DNA of 64,000 nt from assembly GCA_964519305.1 (NCBI GenBank), contig CAZFHY010000001.1:282132-346131 (forward strand), given 5' to 3'. Made by a program: the position numbers and the translations under genes. The stretch is from Candidatus Undinarchaeota archaeon (GTDB taxonomy: Archaea > SpSt-1190 > JASMDC01). Shown here piece after piece: positions 63,178 to 64,000 of the stretch; positions within the stretch are counted from its first letter, which is position 1, and each line of letters starts with the position of its first letter. The notes beneath the pieces are model-generated. The model had not been told where the DNA came from, searched no databases, and saw only the letters and a list, made by a program, of their open reading frames with translations.

Positions 63178-63885
63178 TTGAACTTCAAGGTCATGGGAGG
63201 GTTCATCCCCATACTCGAGGCTACCCTCGAGGTCGGGGAATCCGTCTACTGCGAGGGCGGGGCCATGATCTACAAGGACCACGACATGGAGTTCGAGGCC
63301 AGCATGAAGGGCCTGTTCGGCCGCGCCGCCTCGGGCGAGACCGCGTCCCTCAACCTCTACACGGGCCCCGGTACCTTGGGGATGTCCAAGTCATCGCCCG
63401 GTGATGTGCGTTACGTCACCCTCGAGGGCGGTCAGAAGCTGGACGTGAGCAAGGCCGCCTTCCTCGCGGCCGAGAACACCGTCAACCTCTCCATCGAGTT
63501 CGTCACCGAGCTCCTGGGCGGCGGGCTCATCAACAAGATACTGATCGGGCTGTCAGGCACGGGGCTGATACTCGAGAAGGTCATCGGCCCCGGTAACGTG
63601 TTCATCCACGTCCCCGGCGACTGTGTCATCAAGTACCTCCAACCAGGCGAGAAGCTCAAGCTTGACGAGAAGCACTTCCTGTTCAAGGACAGCTCTGTGG
63701 CCGTTAACCTGCGCAAGATAGGTGACGGGATATTCGACACCCTGAAGAAGGGCATTTTCGGCGGAGAGGGCTTCTTCCTCTTCGAGCTGGAGGGGCCCGG
63801 CTACGTGGGCATCCACTCCATCCAGAGCGTGTTCATCATGGGCCGGCCCATCCCCTATTCGCGGGCCAGGAGGCTGAGGCTGTGA
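63178..63885 (+). CDS. AIM24 family protein
   Basis: TTG start after GGGGAGG; GESVYCEGGAM, SGET, AFLAA, GPGNVFIH..G, FGGEGFF...LEGPG.V.I.S. Confidence 0.85.
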   Translation: MNFKVMGGFIPILEATLEVGESVYCEGGAMIYKDHDMEFEASMKGLFGRAASGETASLNLYTGPGTLGMSKSSPGDVRYVTLEGGQKLDVSKAAFLAAENTVNLSIEFVTELLGGGLINKILIGLSGTGLILEKVIGPGNVFIHVPGDCVIKYLQPGEKLKLDEKHFLFKDSSVAVNLRKIGDGIFDTLKKGIFGGEGFFLFELEGPGYVGIHSIQSVFIMGRPIPYSRARRLRL

Positions 63886-64000
63886 ACATCCGAAAGATCG
63901 GCGGGTACACGCCCATCCTCGAGGTCCAGCTCAACGAAGGCGAGTCCATCATGTGCGAGGCGGGGGCCATGATCTATGCGTCGTCCTCCACTCACATGGA
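63882..64000 (+). CDS. AIM24 family protein, second tandem copy (5' part, runs off the window)
   Basis: GTG 63882 overlaps the previous stop; MNIRKIGGYTPILEVQLNEGESIMCEAGAMIY. Confidence 0.75.
   Translation, partial: MNIRKIGGYTPILEVQLNEGESIMCEAGAMIYASSSTHM

Noticed and set aside
1-64000. Numerous 60-290 aa ORFs antisense to or overlapping the called genes (e.g. 4235-5116 +, 10991-11767 -, 27620-28576 +, 29171-29983 -, 61780-62658 +)
   Set aside because: Shadow ORFs expected in GC-rich DNA. They are R/P/S/A-rich, have no motifs, and fully overlap genes with clear family signatures.
1-64000. CRISPR array, rRNA, transposase or integrase
   Set aside because: No regularly spaced direct repeats and no recognisable motifs by eye. 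The repeated DNA is explained by paralogous genes.
63178-64000. Tandem AIM24 genes as a novel system
   Set aside because: Tandem AIM24 paralogs are common in prokaryotes, and the locus is truncated by the window edge.

Overview
GC-rich archaeal chromosomal window with no rRNA, tRNA, CRISPR array or transposase recognised. Archaeal origin is inferred from BRE/TATA boxes about 23-27 nt upstream of mostly leaderless starts and from a geranylgeranyl reductase. Two proteins carry motifs I associate with DPANN/CPR lineages (inference). There are four blocks. (1) 1-25 kb is an envelope-modification island: six GT-C (PMT/ArnT-like) membrane glycosyltransferases, four of them close paralogs sharing a palindromic promoter; two complete U32-family Fe-S protein pairs; an AsnB amidotransferase; a Trm112-fused methyltransferase; a radical SAM/SPASM enzyme; a GT4; and a DUF362-ferredoxin. 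(2) 25-30 kb holds divergent surface proteins, including a 1451-aa VWA adhesin-like protein, with Q/Y-rich cytoplasmic tails. (3) 30-44 kb is organic-acid and housekeeping: lactate permease, PaaK, an ATP-citrate-lyase-like SucC / SucD-citryl-CoA-lyase pair plus CitF, a PqqD-family protein, RNase HIII, GGR and LarC. (4) 44-60 kb is a dense set of acidic hydrolases without signal peptides (4x M14, 2x nitrilase-family, arginase-like, M28, gluzincin), DUF483, and an unannotated 25-aa peptide ORF with a candidate promoter, terminator and perfect 20-bp palindrome. Trk K+ uptake and AIM24 genes end the window. All family calls come from motifs read by eye; no database search was run.
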